Part shown: piece by piece, positions 1 through 10,638 of the stretch
Layout: each line of letters opens with the position of its first letter
Position numbering within the stretch: position 1 is the stretch's first letter
Assembly: GCA_035315345.1 (NCBI GenBank)
Contig: DATFYA010000187.1
Location: forward strand, 3,436 to 67,435
Direction: 5' to 3'
Origin: Candidatus Methylomirabilota bacterium
GTDB taxonomy: Bacteria > Methylomirabilota > Methylomirabilia > Rokubacteriales > CSP1-6
Length of the DNA stretch: 64,000 nt
The notes under the pieces: model-generated
Told to the model about the DNA's origin: nothing
Seen by the model: only the letters and a program-made list of their open reading frames with translations
Database searches by the model: none
Position numbers and translations under genes: made by a program

Positions 1-1079
<1,079 letters not shown>

Positions 1080-1085
1080 TCCGCC

Positions 1086-1928
1086 ATGCGCGAGATCCAC
1101 GTCTCCTCCATCGTCGACGCGGTCAAGAAACTCTGCATGGAGGCGAACTATTCGCTGGAGCCCGACATGCTGCGGGCCTTCGCGGGCGCGCTCGAGAAGG
1201 AGCGCTCCCCGGCGGGCCGGCAGGTGCTGCAGATCCTCCAGCAGAACGCGGAGCTGGCGCGGACGAAGAAGATCCCGTACTGCCAGGACACCGGCTTCGT
1301 GGTCTGCTTCGTCGAGCTGGGGCAGGACGTGCACGTGACCGGTGGCGGCCTCTACGAGGCGATCAACGATGGGGTGCGGCAGGGGTACCAGGAAGGATAC
1401 CTGCGCGCGTCGATCGTCCGCTCGCCCTTCGACCGGGTGAACACCGGCGACAACACGCCCGCGGTGATCCACCTGGACGTGGTGGCCGGGTCGGAGCTCA
1501 AGATCTCGATCATGGCCAAGGGGGGCGGCTGCGAGAACCGCTCGAAGTACAAGATGCTCACTCCCGCCGAGGGCGTGGAGGGCGTCAAGGAGTGGATCCT
1601 CGAGTGCATCCGCACCGCCGGTCCCGACGCCTGCCCGCCGCTCATCGCGGGGGTCGGCGTCGGCGGCACCTTCGAGCAGGCGGCACGGCTCAGCAAGAAG
1701 GCGCTCTTCCGCGAGCTGGGCGCGTCCCACCCGGATCCGGCGGTGGCCGCGATCGAACGCGAGGTCCTGGACCGCGCCAACCGACTCGGCATCGGCCCGC
1801 AGGGCTACGGCGGCGACACCACCGCGTTCGGCATCCACATCCTCACGTACCCGTGTCACATCACCAGCCTCCCGGTCGCGGTGACCATCGAGTGCCACGC
1901 GCACCGGCACAAGGAGGCGGTGCTGTGA
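1086..1928 (+). CDS. fumarate hydratase class I (Fe-S type hydro-lyase), alpha subunit
   Basis: 280 aa with IPYCQDTGFVVCFVELGQDV and GGGCENRSKYKMLTP motifs, typical of the tartrate/fumarate hydro-lyase alpha subunit. Confidence 0.85.
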   Translation: MREIHVSSIVDAVKKLCMEANYSLEPDMLRAFAGALEKERSPAGRQVLQILQQNAELARTKKIPYCQDTGFVVCFVELGQDVHVTGGGLYEAINDGVRQGYQEGYLRASIVRSPFDRVNTGDNTPAVIHLDVVAGSELKISIMAKGGGCENRSKYKMLTPAEGVEGVKEWILECIRTAGPDACPPLIAGVGVGGTFEQAARLSKKALFRELGASHPDPAVAAIEREVLDRANRLGIGPQGYGGDTTAFGIHILTYPCHITSLPVAVTIECHAHRHKEAVL

Positions 1929-2506
1929 TCACGACCGGGACCGACGGGATCAAGGAGGTGACGCCGCCGCTCAGCGACGAGGACGTCGCCTCGCTGAAGG
2001 CGGGCGACCGCGTGCGGATCACCGGCGTGATGTACACCGCCCGCGACGCGGCCCACGCGCGCTTGCTGCCGCTGATGGAGGCGGGGACGCCGCTGCCCAT
2101 CGACGTGCGCGGCCAGATCATCTACTACACGGGCCCCTCGCCGGCGCGCCCGGGCCACGTGGTCGGCTCCATCGGCCCGACCACCGGCGGGCGCATGGAC
2201 AAATTCACCCCGAAGCTGCTGAGCCTGGGCCTCAAGGGCACCTTGGGCAAGGGCGCCCGCTCGCAGCCGGTGAAGGACGCGCTTCGCCAGCACAAGGCGG
2301 TCTACTTCGGGGCGATCGGGGGCGCGGGCGCGGTGCTCTCCGCCTTCGTGAAGAAGCTCGAGGTGGTGGCCTACGAGGACCTCGGCACCGAGGCGATCCG
2401 CCGGCTCGAGGTCGCGGGATTTCCCGCCATCGTGGTCAACGACTGCCACGGCGGCGATCTCTACCAGGATGGCATGAAGGCTTACGCGAGGGAGGAGCGG
2501 TCATGA
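1925..2506 (+). CDS. fumarate hydratase class I, beta subunit
   Basis: GTG start overlaps the alpha-subunit stop (GTGA). Translation VITTGTDGIKEVTPPLSDEDV...GQIIYYTGPSPARPGHVVGSIGPTTGGRMDKFTP matches the Fe-S hydro-lyase beta subunit. Confidence 0.85.
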   Translation: MITTGTDGIKEVTPPLSDEDVASLKAGDRVRITGVMYTARDAAHARLLPLMEAGTPLPIDVRGQIIYYTGPSPARPGHVVGSIGPTTGGRMDKFTPKLLSLGLKGTLGKGARSQPVKDALRQHKAVYFGAIGGAGAVLSAFVKKLEVVAYEDLGTEAIRRLEVAGFPAIVVNDCHGGDLYQDGMKAYAREERS

Positions 2507-3324
2507 ACGGGGCAACCGCGCAGAGGCAGGGCGGACGCATCCTCGGGGAGGCGCGCGCGCCGATCGCGGCCGCGACGCTGCGCCGGGATTCGTGGTGGGC
2601 GCTGCCGGTGACGGTGGTGGTGGTGCTGCTGGCCTTCATCATCTACTCGACGTGGGCCGCGTTCCAGAACGCGCACTACTTCGCGGACCCGTACCTGTCG
2701 CCCTTCTATTCCCCGTGCATCACCAAGGCCTGCCTGCATCACAGCTTCGGCTCGTGGACCGTGCCGGACGTGTCGCTGCCGATCGTCGGCGTGCTGTCGC
2801 CCGCGTTCCTGATCCTGGCCGGCCCGGGCCTCTTCCGGCTGAGCTGCTACTACTACCGCAAGGCCTACTACCGCTCGTTCTGGCTGGCTCCGCCCGCGTG
2901 CGCGGTGCGGGACACCAAGGCCGGCTACACCGGGGAGACCCGCTTCCCCCTGTTCCTGCAGAACTTCCACCGCTACATCTGGTACGTCGCGGTGCTCTTC
3001 ATCGGGATGCTCACCTGGGACGCGATCCTCGCCTTCCGCTTCCCGGACGGCTTCGGCATCGGGGTCGGCACCATCGTCATGTGGATCAACGTGCTGTTCC
3101 TGGCCGGGTACACCTTCTCCTGCCACTCCTGCCGCCACGTGTGCGGCGGCCACGTGGACGTCTTCTCCAAGGCCCCCGCGCGGTACGGAGTCTGGAAGTT
3201 CTTCACCCGGCTCAACGAGCGGCACCCGATGTTCGCCTGGCTCTCGCTGTTCAGCGTGGGCCTGACGGATCTCTACATCCGGCTGGTCTCGATGGGGATC
3301 ATCCGCGACTGGAGGATCATCTGA
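2503..3324 (+). CDS. sdhC: succinate dehydrogenase membrane anchor subunit (Sdh1-type, Cys/His-rich, about 5 TM)
   Basis: 273 aa hydrophobic protein immediately upstream of sdhA. Contains CYYYRKAYY and CHSCRHVCGGH motifs. Gene order anchor-flavoprotein-FeS and the size resemble the mycobacterial Sdh1 anchor (from memory). Confidence 0.65.
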   Translation: MNGATAQRQGGRILGEARAPIAAATLRRDSWWALPVTVVVVLLAFIIYSTWAAFQNAHYFADPYLSPFYSPCITKACLHHSFGSWTVPDVSLPIVGVLSPAFLILAGPGLFRLSCYYYRKAYYRSFWLAPPACAVRDTKAGYTGETRFPLFLQNFHRYIWYVAVLFIGMLTWDAILAFRFPDGFGIGVGTIVMWINVLFLAGYTFSCHSCRHVCGGHVDVFSKAPARYGVWKFFTRLNERHPMFAWLSLFSVGLTDLYIRLVSMGIIRDWRII

Positions 3325-5126
3325 TGGCGACCGTCGAATACGAGACCCACGAGCACGACGTCCTGGTCATCGGCGCGGGCGGCGCCGGGCTGCGGGCGGC
3401 CATCGAGGCGGCGGCCCAGGGCGTGTCGGTCGGGCTGGTCTGCAAGTCGCTCCTCGGCAAGGCCCACACCGTCATGGCCGAGGGCGGGATCGCCGCCGCG
3501 ATGGGCAACGTGTGGCCGGAGGACAACTGGCAGGTCCACTTCCGCGACACCATGCGCGGCGGCAAGATGCTGAACAACTGGCGCATGGCCCAGCTTCACG
3601 CCCAGGAGAGCCCGGAGCGCGTGCTGGAGCTCGAGCGCTACGGCGCGCTCTTCGACCGGACCAAGGACGGGCTCATCTCGCAGCGCGACTTCGGCGGCCA
3701 CCGCTACGCGCGGCTGGCCCACGTGGGCGACCGCACCGGGCTCGAGATGATCCGCACGCTCCAGTACCACGCGATCCACCAGGCCATCGAGGTGTACATG
3801 GAGTGCAAGATCGAGCGCCTGCTCAAGGACGGCGACCGGGTGTGCGGGGCCTTCGGCTACTGGCGCAACACCGGCAAGTTCGTCCTCTTCAAGGCCAAGG
3901 CCATCGTGCTGGCCACCGGCGGCATCGGCAAGGCGTGGAAGTACACCTCGAACTCCTGGGAGTACAGCGGCGACGGCCACTCGCTCGCCTTCTGGGCGGG
4001 CGCGGACCTCATCGACATGGAGTTCGTGCAGTTCCACCCGACCGGGATGGTGTGGCCCCCCTCGGTGCGCGGCATCCTGGTGACCGAGGGCGTGCGCGGC
4101 GACGGCGGGACGCTGAAGAACACCGCGGGCGAGCGGTTCATGTTCAACTACATCCCCGAGTTCTTCAAGGCCGAGACCGCGGACAGCCAGGAGGAGGCCG
4201 ACCGCTGGTACCAGGACAAGAAGAACAACCGGCGGACCCCGGATCTCCTGCCGCGCGACGAGGTGGCCCGCGCCATCAATTCCGAGGTGAAGGCGGGCCG
4301 CGGGACCGTGCACGGCGGGGTGTTCCTCGACATCTGCACGCGGCGCGACGCCGATTACATCCGCAAGCGCCTGCCCTCGATGTACCACCAGTTCAAGGAG
4401 CTGGCCGGCGTCGACATCACCAAGGAGCCGATGGAGGTGGGGCCCACCATGCACTACGTCATGGGCGGGGTGCGGGTGGACGCCGACTCCACCGCGGCCA
4501 CCGTGCCCGGCCTCTTCGCGGCCGGCGAGGTGGCGGGCGGGCTCCACGGCAGCAACCGCCTCGGCGGCAACTCCCTCGGCGACCTGCTCGTGTTCGGGCG
4601 CCGGGCCGGGCTGCACGCCGCGCTCTACTGCAAGAACCTGGGCGGTCGGCTCACGGTGGACGGCGGTCAGGTGGAGTCCATCGCGCGCACCCTGCTCGAG
4701 CCCTTCACCCGCTCGGGCAGCGAGAATCCGTACACCATCCAGGCCGACCTGCAGGACACCATGCACAACCTGGTCGGCATCATCCGGGTCGAGGCCGAGC
4801 TCCAACAGGCGCTCGAGAAGCTCGCGGTGCTCAAGCAGCGCGCGGCCCGGGTGCACGTCGACGGCGGCCGCGTCTACAACCCGGGCTGGCACGTGGCGCT
4901 GGACCTGGCCTCGCTCCTGACCGTGTCGGAATGCTGCGCGCTCGCCGCGCTGGAGCGCAAGGAGAGCCGGGGCGGCCACACCCGCGAGGACCACCCGTAC
5001 ACCGACGACACCTGGGGGGCGGTCAATCTGGTCTCCCGGCAGCAGGGCGACCGGATCGATCTGCGGCGCGAGCCGCTGCCCCAGATGCCTCCCGAGCTGA
5101 AGGCCCTCGTCCAGGAGAGGCAGTGA
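3324..5126 (+). CDS. sdhA: succinate dehydrogenase/fumarate reductase flavoprotein subunit
   Basis: MATVEYETHEHDVLVIGAGGAGLRAAIEAA... shows an FAD-binding GxGxxG motif, plus HTVMAEGG and HYVMGG motifs. ATG overlaps the upstream stop. Confidence 0.9.
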   Translation: MATVEYETHEHDVLVIGAGGAGLRAAIEAAAQGVSVGLVCKSLLGKAHTVMAEGGIAAAMGNVWPEDNWQVHFRDTMRGGKMLNNWRMAQLHAQESPERVLELERYGALFDRTKDGLISQRDFGGHRYARLAHVGDRTGLEMIRTLQYHAIHQAIEVYMECKIERLLKDGDRVCGAFGYWRNTGKFVLFKAKAIVLATGGIGKAWKYTSNSWEYSGDGHSLAFWAGADLIDMEFVQFHPTGMVWPPSVRGILVTEGVRGDGGTLKNTAGERFMFNYIPEFFKAETADSQEEADRWYQDKKNNRRTPDLLPRDEVARAINSEVKAGRGTVHGGVFLDICTRRDADYIRKRLPSMYHQFKELAGVDITKEPMEVGPTMHYVMGGVRVDADSTAATVPGLFAAGEVAGGLHGSNRLGGNSLGDLLVFGRRAGLHAALYCKNLGGRLTVDGGQVESIARTLLEPFTRSGSENPYTIQADLQDTMHNLVGIIRVEAELQQALEKLAVLKQRAARVHVDGGRVYNPGWHVALDLASLLTVSECCALAALERKESRGGHTREDHPYTDDTWGAVNLVSRQQGDRIDLRREPLPQMPPELKALVQERQ

Positions 5127-5884
5127 TGGCAAAGACCTTCACGATGCGGGTGTTCCGCGGCGACGCCGCCGGCGGCGACTTCAAGGAGTACACCGTCGAG
5201 GGTGGCGAGGGGATGGTGGTGCTGGACGTGGTCCACCGGATCCAGGCCACCCACGCCCCCGACCTGGCGTGCCGGTGGAACTGCAAGGCGGGCAAGTGCG
5301 GCTCGTGCAGCGCGGAGATCAACGGCAAGCCGCGGCTGATGTGCATGACCCGCATGGACATCTTCGAGGAGAACGAGGTCGTGTCGGTCGCGCCGATGCG
5401 GACGTTCCCGATCATCCGCGACCTGGTGACCGACGTCTCCTACAACTACGAGAAGGCCAAGCAGGTGCCGCCGCTGCGCCTGAAGCCCGCGGATCCGGAC
5501 GGCCGCTACCGGATGATGCAGGAGGACGTGGAGCGCGGCCAGGAATTCCACAAGTGCATCGAGTGCTTCCTGTGCCAGAACGTCTGCCACGTTATCCGCG
5601 ACCACGAAGGCCTCAAGAAGTCCTTCTCGGGCCCGCGTTTCTTCATCAAGATCGCCGGGCTCGAGATGCATCCGATGGACACCCGCGACCGGACCGACTT
5701 CGTGCGCGAGCAGGCCGGGGTCGGGTTCTGCAACATCACCAAGTGCTGCACCGAGGTCTGCCCGGAGCACATCCACATCACCGACAACGGCATCATCCCG
5801 ATGAAGGAGCGGATGGCCGACAACTTCGACCCGGTGGTGTGGGTGCTGCGGAAGATCAGGGGCTCCAAGAAAGCCGCGCCCTGA
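5126..5884 (+). CDS. sdhB: succinate dehydrogenase iron-sulfur subunit
   Basis: MAKTFTMRVFRG...CRWNCKAGKCGSCSAEINGKPRLMC (2Fe-2S cysteines), then CIECFLCQNVC and CCTEVCP 4Fe-4S/3Fe-4S motifs. TGATG overlap with sdhA. Confidence 0.9.
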   Translation: MAKTFTMRVFRGDAAGGDFKEYTVEGGEGMVVLDVVHRIQATHAPDLACRWNCKAGKCGSCSAEINGKPRLMCMTRMDIFEENEVVSVAPMRTFPIIRDLVTDVSYNYEKAKQVPPLRLKPADPDGRYRMMQEDVERGQEFHKCIECFLCQNVCHVIRDHEGLKKSFSGPRFFIKIAGLEMHPMDTRDRTDFVREQAGVGFCNITKCCTEVCPEHIHITDNGIIPMKERMADNFDPVVWVLRKIRGSKKAAP

Positions 5885-5888
5885 CCGC

Positions 5889-7058
5889 ATGAAGATCCAC
5901 GAGTACCAGGGCAAGGCCATCCTCAAGGCCTACGGCGTCGCCGTGCCCGCCGGCGACGTGGCGGACACCCCCGCGCAGGCGCGCGCCATCGCGCAGCGGC
6001 TCAATGGCCGAGTCGTCGTCAAGGCGCAGGTGCACGCGGGCGGCCGCGGCAAGGCGGGCGGCGTGAAGCTGGCCGACGATCCGGCGGGCGCCGAGGCGGC
6101 GGCCGGGCAGATCCTCGGCATGATGCTGAAGACGCCGCAGACCCCGCCCGAGGGCATCAAGGTGCTGAAAGTCCTCGTCGAGGAGGCCTCCCCGATCGCC
6201 AGCGAGCTCTATCTCTCGATGACGCTCGACCGAGGCAAGGGCACCCACGTGGTGATGGCCTCGCGGGCCGGCGGCATGGACATCGAGGAGGTCGCGGCCA
6301 CCCATCCGGAGAAGATCCTCCGCGAGTGGACCGACCCGGCGCTGGGCCTGCAGGCCTTCCAGGCGCGCAGCCTCGCCTTCGGGCTCGGCCTCTCCGGCGA
6401 CCCCCACAAGCAGGGCGTGGCCTTGATCGCCAACCTCTTCCGCGCCTACCTCGACAAGGATTGCTCGCTGGCGGAGATCAATCCCCTCGTGGTCACCCGC
6501 GACGGCCGGGTGATGGCGCTCGACGCCAAGCTCAACTTCGACGACAACGCGCTCTACCGCCACAAGGACGTGGTGGCCATGCGCGACGTCAACGAGGAGA
6601 CGCCGCTGGACGTCGAGGCCTCGAAGTACAGCCTCAACTACATCAAGCTGGACGGCAACGTCGGCTGCATGGTGAACGGGGCGGGGCTGGCCATGGCCAC
6701 GATGGACATCATCAAGCTGGCCGGCGGTGAGCCCGCGAACTTCCTCGACGTGGGCGGCGGCGCCTCCCCCGAGCAGATCGAGAACGCCTTCCGTATCCTG
6801 TCGTCGGACCCGAGCGTGAAGGCGGTCTTCATCAACGTCTTCGGAGGCATTCTTCGAGTGGACCGGCTCGCCGAGGGGATCATCGCCGCGGTGAAGACGC
6901 TCGGCCTCAAGCTGCCGGTGGTCCTGCGCGCCGAGGGCACCAACGTCGAGCAGGGCAAGAAGATGCTCGCCGAGTCCGGCCTCGCGCTGGTCATGGCCAA
7001 CGACATGGGCGAGGGCGCGAAGAAAGTCGTCGAGCTGGCCCGGAGCTCGCGCCCGTGA
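5889..7058 (+). CDS. sucC: succinyl-CoA synthetase beta subunit (ADP-forming)
   Basis: [20 protein letters not shown]... ATP-grasp N-terminus and full-length homology pattern. Confidence 0.9.
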   Translation: MKIHEYQGKAILKAYGVAVPAGDVADTPAQARAIAQRLNGRVVVKAQVHAGGRGKAGGVKLADDPAGAEAAAGQILGMMLKTPQTPPEGIKVLKVLVEEASPIASELYLSMTLDRGKGTHVVMASRAGGMDIEEVAATHPEKILREWTDPALGLQAFQARSLAFGLGLSGDPHKQGVALIANLFRAYLDKDCSLAEINPLVVTRDGRVMALDAKLNFDDNALYRHKDVVAMRDVNEETPLDVEASKYSLNYIKLDGNVGCMVNGAGLAMATMDIIKLAGGEPANFLDVGGGASPEQIENAFRILSSDPSVKAVFINVFGGILRVDRLAEGIIAAVKTLGLKLPVVLRAEGTNVEQGKKMLAESGLALVMANDMGEGAKKVVELARSSRP

Positions 7059-7933
7059 GCATTCTGGTCAGTCGCGCGACGCGCGTCCTGGTGCAGGGAA
7101 TCACCGGCAAGGAGGGCGCCTTCCACGCGGCCCGCTGCAAGGAGTACGGCACGCAGGTGGTGGGCGGGGTGACGCCGGGCAAGGGCGGCACCATCCACGA
7201 GGGCTTCCCGGTCTGGAACACGGTGGAGGAGGCGGTGCAGGCGACCGGCGCCGATTGCGCGCTGATCTTCGTGCCCCCGCCGGCAGCCGCAGACGCCATC
7301 ATGGAAGCGGCGGACGCGGGGATCCCGTTGGTCGTCTGCATCACCGAGGGGGTGCCGGTGGCGGACATGGTGCGGGTGAAGGCCTTCCTCGCGCGCACCG
7401 CGAGCCGGCTCATCGGCCCGAACTGCCCGGGCCTGATCACGCCGGGCCAGGCCAAGATCGGCATCATGCCCGGCCACATCCACAAGGTGGGCCACGTGGG
7501 GGTGGTCTCGCGCAGCGGCACGCTCACCTACGAGGTGGTCCATCAGCTCACCCAGCGCGGGCTCGGGCAGTCGTCGTGCGTGGGCATCGGCGGCGATCCG
7601 GTCACCGGCACCACCTTCATCGACGTGCTGCGGCTCTTCCAGGCCGATCCCGAGACGACCTCGATCATGATGATCGGGGAGATCGGCGGCACCGCCGAGG
7701 AGGAGGCCGCCGCCTTCGTCAAGGCCCACGTCACCAAGCCGGTGGTCGGGTTCATCTGCGGCCAGACCGCGCCCCCCGGGCGCCGCATGGGCCACGCCGG
7801 CGCCATCATCGCCGGGGGCAAGGGCACCGCGGCCGAGAAGATGGCCGCGATGGAAGCCGCCGGCATCACCACCGTCAAGAGCCCCGCCGACATGGGCGCC
7901 ACCGTCGCCCGCGTGGTGGGCAAGAAAGGGTAG
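7055..7933 (+). CDS. sucD: succinyl-CoA synthetase alpha subunit
   Basis: [14 protein letters not shown] ... [14 protein letters not shown] contains the phospho-histidine loop. The start overlaps the sucC stop. Confidence 0.9.
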   Translation: MSILVSRATRVLVQGITGKEGAFHAARCKEYGTQVVGGVTPGKGGTIHEGFPVWNTVEEAVQATGADCALIFVPPPAAADAIMEAADAGIPLVVCITEGVPVADMVRVKAFLARTASRLIGPNCPGLITPGQAKIGIMPGHIHKVGHVGVVSRSGTLTYEVVHQLTQRGLGQSSCVGIGGDPVTGTTFIDVLRLFQADPETTSIMMIGEIGGTAEEEAAAFVKAHVTKPVVGFICGQTAPPGRRMGHAGAIIAGGKGTAAEKMAAMEAAGITTVKSPADMGATVARVVGKKG

Positions 7934-7945
7934 GGACTCTCCGCG

Positions 7946-8371
7946 ATGGCCGTCCAGCGCACCCTCACCATCATCAAGCCGGACGCCGTCGCCAAGGGCG
8001 TCGCGGGGCAGATCATCGCCCGGTTCGAGAAGGCGGGCCTCCGAGTGCTCGCGGCCAAGCTGATCCAGCTCACCGCCGCGCAGGCGGGCGGCTTCTACAT
8101 CGTGCACAAGGAGCGCCCGTTCTACGGCAGCCTCTGCGCGTTCATGACCCAGGGTCCGTGCATGCCGATCGTCCTCGAGGGCGACCACGCCATCGCGCGG
8201 CTGCGCGAGCTGATGGGTGCCACCGATCCGGCCAAGGCCGACGCGGGGACGATTCGCAAAGACTTCGCGTCGTCCATCGAGGCCAACGCGGTGCACGGCT
8301 CCGACTCGCCCGAGTCGGCCGCCTTCGAGATTCCCTACTTCTTCTCCGCGCTCGAGATCTTCTCGAGGTAG
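7946..8371 (+). CDS. ndk: nucleoside diphosphate kinase
   Basis: [32 protein letters not shown] ... NAVHGSDS. Contains the NDK active-site histidine motif. Confidence 0.9.
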   Translation: MAVQRTLTIIKPDAVAKGVAGQIIARFEKAGLRVLAAKLIQLTAAQAGGFYIVHKERPFYGSLCAFMTQGPCMPIVLEGDHAIARLRELMGATDPAKADAGTIRKDFASSIEANAVHGSDSPESAAFEIPYFFSALEIFSR

Positions 8372-8381
8372 CCGCGAGGCG

Positions 8382-8906
8382 GTGCACTTTCCGGCGTCGC
8401 TCGGCCGGAGACAGCGGCTGGTCGCCGGGGTGATCGGCATCGGCCTCGGCTTCGGGCTGCCGTTCCTCCTCTCGGTCGCGATGGTCGCGGCCTCCGGCGA
8501 GCTGAGCCTGCTCATCGTGCCGCTGCCCTTCCTGGGCGCGCTCTGGGTCATCCAGGGCCTGGCGCCGATCGGTTACACCCTCGAGGCGGAGGGCATCCGC
8601 ATCGAGCGGCGCTGGGTCCGACGGCTCATCCCCTACGATGGCATCCTCGGCGGCGACCGGCGGCGGCGTCCGATCGGCGGTCTGCTGGCGACCGGCGCCA
8701 ACAACCTCTTCGGCTCGCACGGGACGCGCTGGAATCCGCGCGTCGGCTGGCACTACCTCGCCATCACCGACACCGAGCACCTGGTGTTCCTCGAGACGCG
8801 CGGCGGCCTGGTGGTGCTGTCGCCCAACGACCCGGACGAGTTCCTGAGCGCGCTGCGCGCGCGGCTCCCCGCCGGCGCTCCCGCATGGCCGACCCGATCG
8901 TCGTGA
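8382..8906 (+). CDS. membrane protein with bacterial PH (bPH_2/YdbT-like) domain
   Basis: Two N-terminal TM helices (LVAGVIGIGLGFGLPFLLSV..., LLIVPLPFLGALWVIQGLAPIG) are followed by a PH-like domain. ORF 8217..8906 was trimmed to the first start codon after the ndk stop. The start is uncertain (GTG 8382 or GTG 8430). Confidence 0.5.
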   Translation: MHFPASLGRRQRLVAGVIGIGLGFGLPFLLSVAMVAASGELSLLIVPLPFLGALWVIQGLAPIGYTLEAEGIRIERRWVRRLIPYDGILGGDRRRRPIGGLLATGANNLFGSHGTRWNPRVGWHYLAITDTEHLVFLETRGGLVVLSPNDPDEFLSALRARLPAGAPAWPTRSS

Positions 8907-9316
8907 CCGACGCGGTGCGGGTCCCGGCCTCCGCGTTGACCGCGCGCGCGGTGCGCGCCTCGGGCCCGGGCGGACAGAACGTCAACAAGGTCGCGACGCG
9001 GATCGACCTCCGCGTGGATCTGGAGGCCATCGAGGGGCTCTCCGACGCGGCGCGGGCGCGCCTGCGCGCGCTGGCGCGCCGTCGCACCGACGCGGAGGGC
9101 CGTCTCGTCGTCACGAGCCAGGCCACGCGCACCCAGGCCCGCAACCTGGAGGATGCGCGCGCCCGGGTGGCCCACCTGATCCGCGCGGCCCTCGTCGCCC
9201 CCCGTGCGCGCGTGAAGACCGGCCCGTCCGCGGGCGCGCGACGCCGGCGGCTGGCCGGCAAGAAGCAGCGTGCAGAGGTGAAGCGCTGGCGGCGGCGTCC
9301 GGCCGCCGACGACTAG
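8885..9316 (+). CDS. arfB: alternative ribosome-rescue factor ArfB (peptidyl-tRNA hydrolase, GGQ family)
   Basis: GPGGQNVNKVATRIDLRVDL GGQ motif plus a basic C-terminal tail (KKQRAEVKRWRRR). 143 aa. Confidence 0.8.
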   Translation: MADPIVVTDAVRVPASALTARAVRASGPGGQNVNKVATRIDLRVDLEAIEGLSDAARARLRALARRRTDAEGRLVVTSQATRTQARNLEDARARVAHLIRAALVAPRARVKTGPSAGARRRRLAGKKQRAEVKRWRRRPAADD

Positions 9317-9717
9317 TGCACGCTGCCCGCGAGCGTCGCGCTCAGCGCGAGCATCGCGAGTACCACGAGGGCGATCAGCGCGTATCGGCGATCGCCGGTG
9401 CACCAGAAGGCGGGCAGGGCGGCGGCCACCGCGACCGCGGGCGTGACCATCAGGATCACGAGACCGAGCGCGCTCAGCGCGAGCGGATCGATCGGCCGGC
9501 TCGCGAGGCCGCCCGTCACTTGCCGGACCGAGACGAAGACGCCGGGGGGATGGCCGGCGGGCCGCCGGGTGAGGTCCAGCACGTGGTGGCGGAAGCCACC
9601 GTGCGCCGCGTAGAGCACGAGCCCAAGCAGCACCACCCCGATCCCGAGGAGCCCGCCGAACAGGAGGATCCGCGAGACCAGGTGCTCGACCGAGAACGTC
9701 GCGCGGAGTCGGCTCAC
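9313..9717 (-). CDS. DUF1634-like small membrane protein
   Basis: This is the 134-aa C-terminal part of the long minus ORF 9313..12015: three hydrophobic helices, GTG start overlapping the TauE stop (GTGA). This family is commonly found next to TauE/SafE exporters (from memory). Confidence 0.5.
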   Translation of the reverse strand: MSRLRATFSVEHLVSRILLFGGLLGIGVVLLGLVLYAAHGGFRHHVLDLTRRPAGHPPGVFVSVRQVTGGLASRPIDPLALSALGLVILMVTPAVAVAAALPAFWCTGDRRYALIALVVLAMLALSATLAGSVH

Positions 9718-10568
9718 GGGAGGTGGAGGCCGAGCCCGCGGACGATCATCGAGAGCGCCAGGTAGACCACGACGGGCAGGAACAGCTTGCGCACGGTGGT
9801 GTTGCGCAGCCGGGCCATCACGGTGGTGCCCAGGTAGGCGCCGGCGAGCACGCCGATCGCGACCGGCGCCGCGATGAGGGTATGGATGTCCCCGCGGCTC
9901 CAGTAGATGCTGGCGCTGGCCGCCGCGGTGAGCCCGATCATGAAGTTGCTGGTCGCGGTCGAGACCTTCATGGGCAGCCGCATCAGGTAATCCATCGCGA
10001 GCACCTTGAAGGCGCCGCTGCCGATGCCCAGCATGCCGGACAGCAGTCCAGCCCCGAACATCGCGCAGAAGCCCTGCACGACCCGCTGCGCGCGATAGAC
10101 CACCTCGCGCTCGAGACGCAGGTCGTGGTACGTGCCCTCGAGGTCGAAGCGCAGGGCCAGCGGATCGTCGGGCGGGCTCTCGGGCAGCTCGTCGCGCAGC
10201 TGCTTCACCGTGGTGTAGGCGGAATAGGACAGGGCGAGGCCCAGGATCAGCTCGAGGGCCCGCGTCGGCACCACGCCGGCCAGCAGCGCGCCCACGAGCG
10301 CCCCGCTGATGGTGGCCATGACCAGGAACAGCCCGATGCGGAGATTGCTCAGGCCGGTGCGCAGGTAGGAGGCGGCGGCGCCGCTCGACGTCGCGATGAC
10401 CGAGATGATGCTGGCGCCCATCGCGTAGTGCAGGTCGACGCCGTAGAACACGGTGAGGATCGGAATCAGGAGAATGCCGCCGCCGAGCCCGAGGATGGCG
10501 CCCACCGCGCCGGCGCCGATCGACGTGAAGAGCACGGCGAGCGAGAAGACGGTCAGACTCATGACCAA
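9714..10568 (-). CDS. TauE/SafE family sulfite/anion exporter
   Basis: 284 aa polytopic membrane protein with GLGGGILLIPILTVFYGV and GSGAFKVLAMDYLMRLPMKVSTATSNFMIGLTAAAS repeats, typical of TauE. Confidence 0.8.
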   Translation of the reverse strand: MVMSLTVFSLAVLFTSIGAGAVGAILGLGGGILLIPILTVFYGVDLHYAMGASIISVIATSSGAAASYLRTGLSNLRIGLFLVMATISGALVGALLAGVVPTRALELILGLALSYSAYTTVKQLRDELPESPPDDPLALRFDLEGTYHDLRLEREVVYRAQRVVQGFCAMFGAGLLSGMLGIGSGAFKVLAMDYLMRLPMKVSTATSNFMIGLTAAASASIYWSRGDIHTLIAAPVAIGVLAGAYLGTTVMARLRNTTVRKLFLPVVVYLALSMIVRGLGLHLP

Positions 10569-10638
10569 ACCATGGTAGACCGCGTTGACGCGCGGCGCTA
10601 TCGAATGGTCGCCCGTGCTTTCCTGCTAGAATCGCCGC

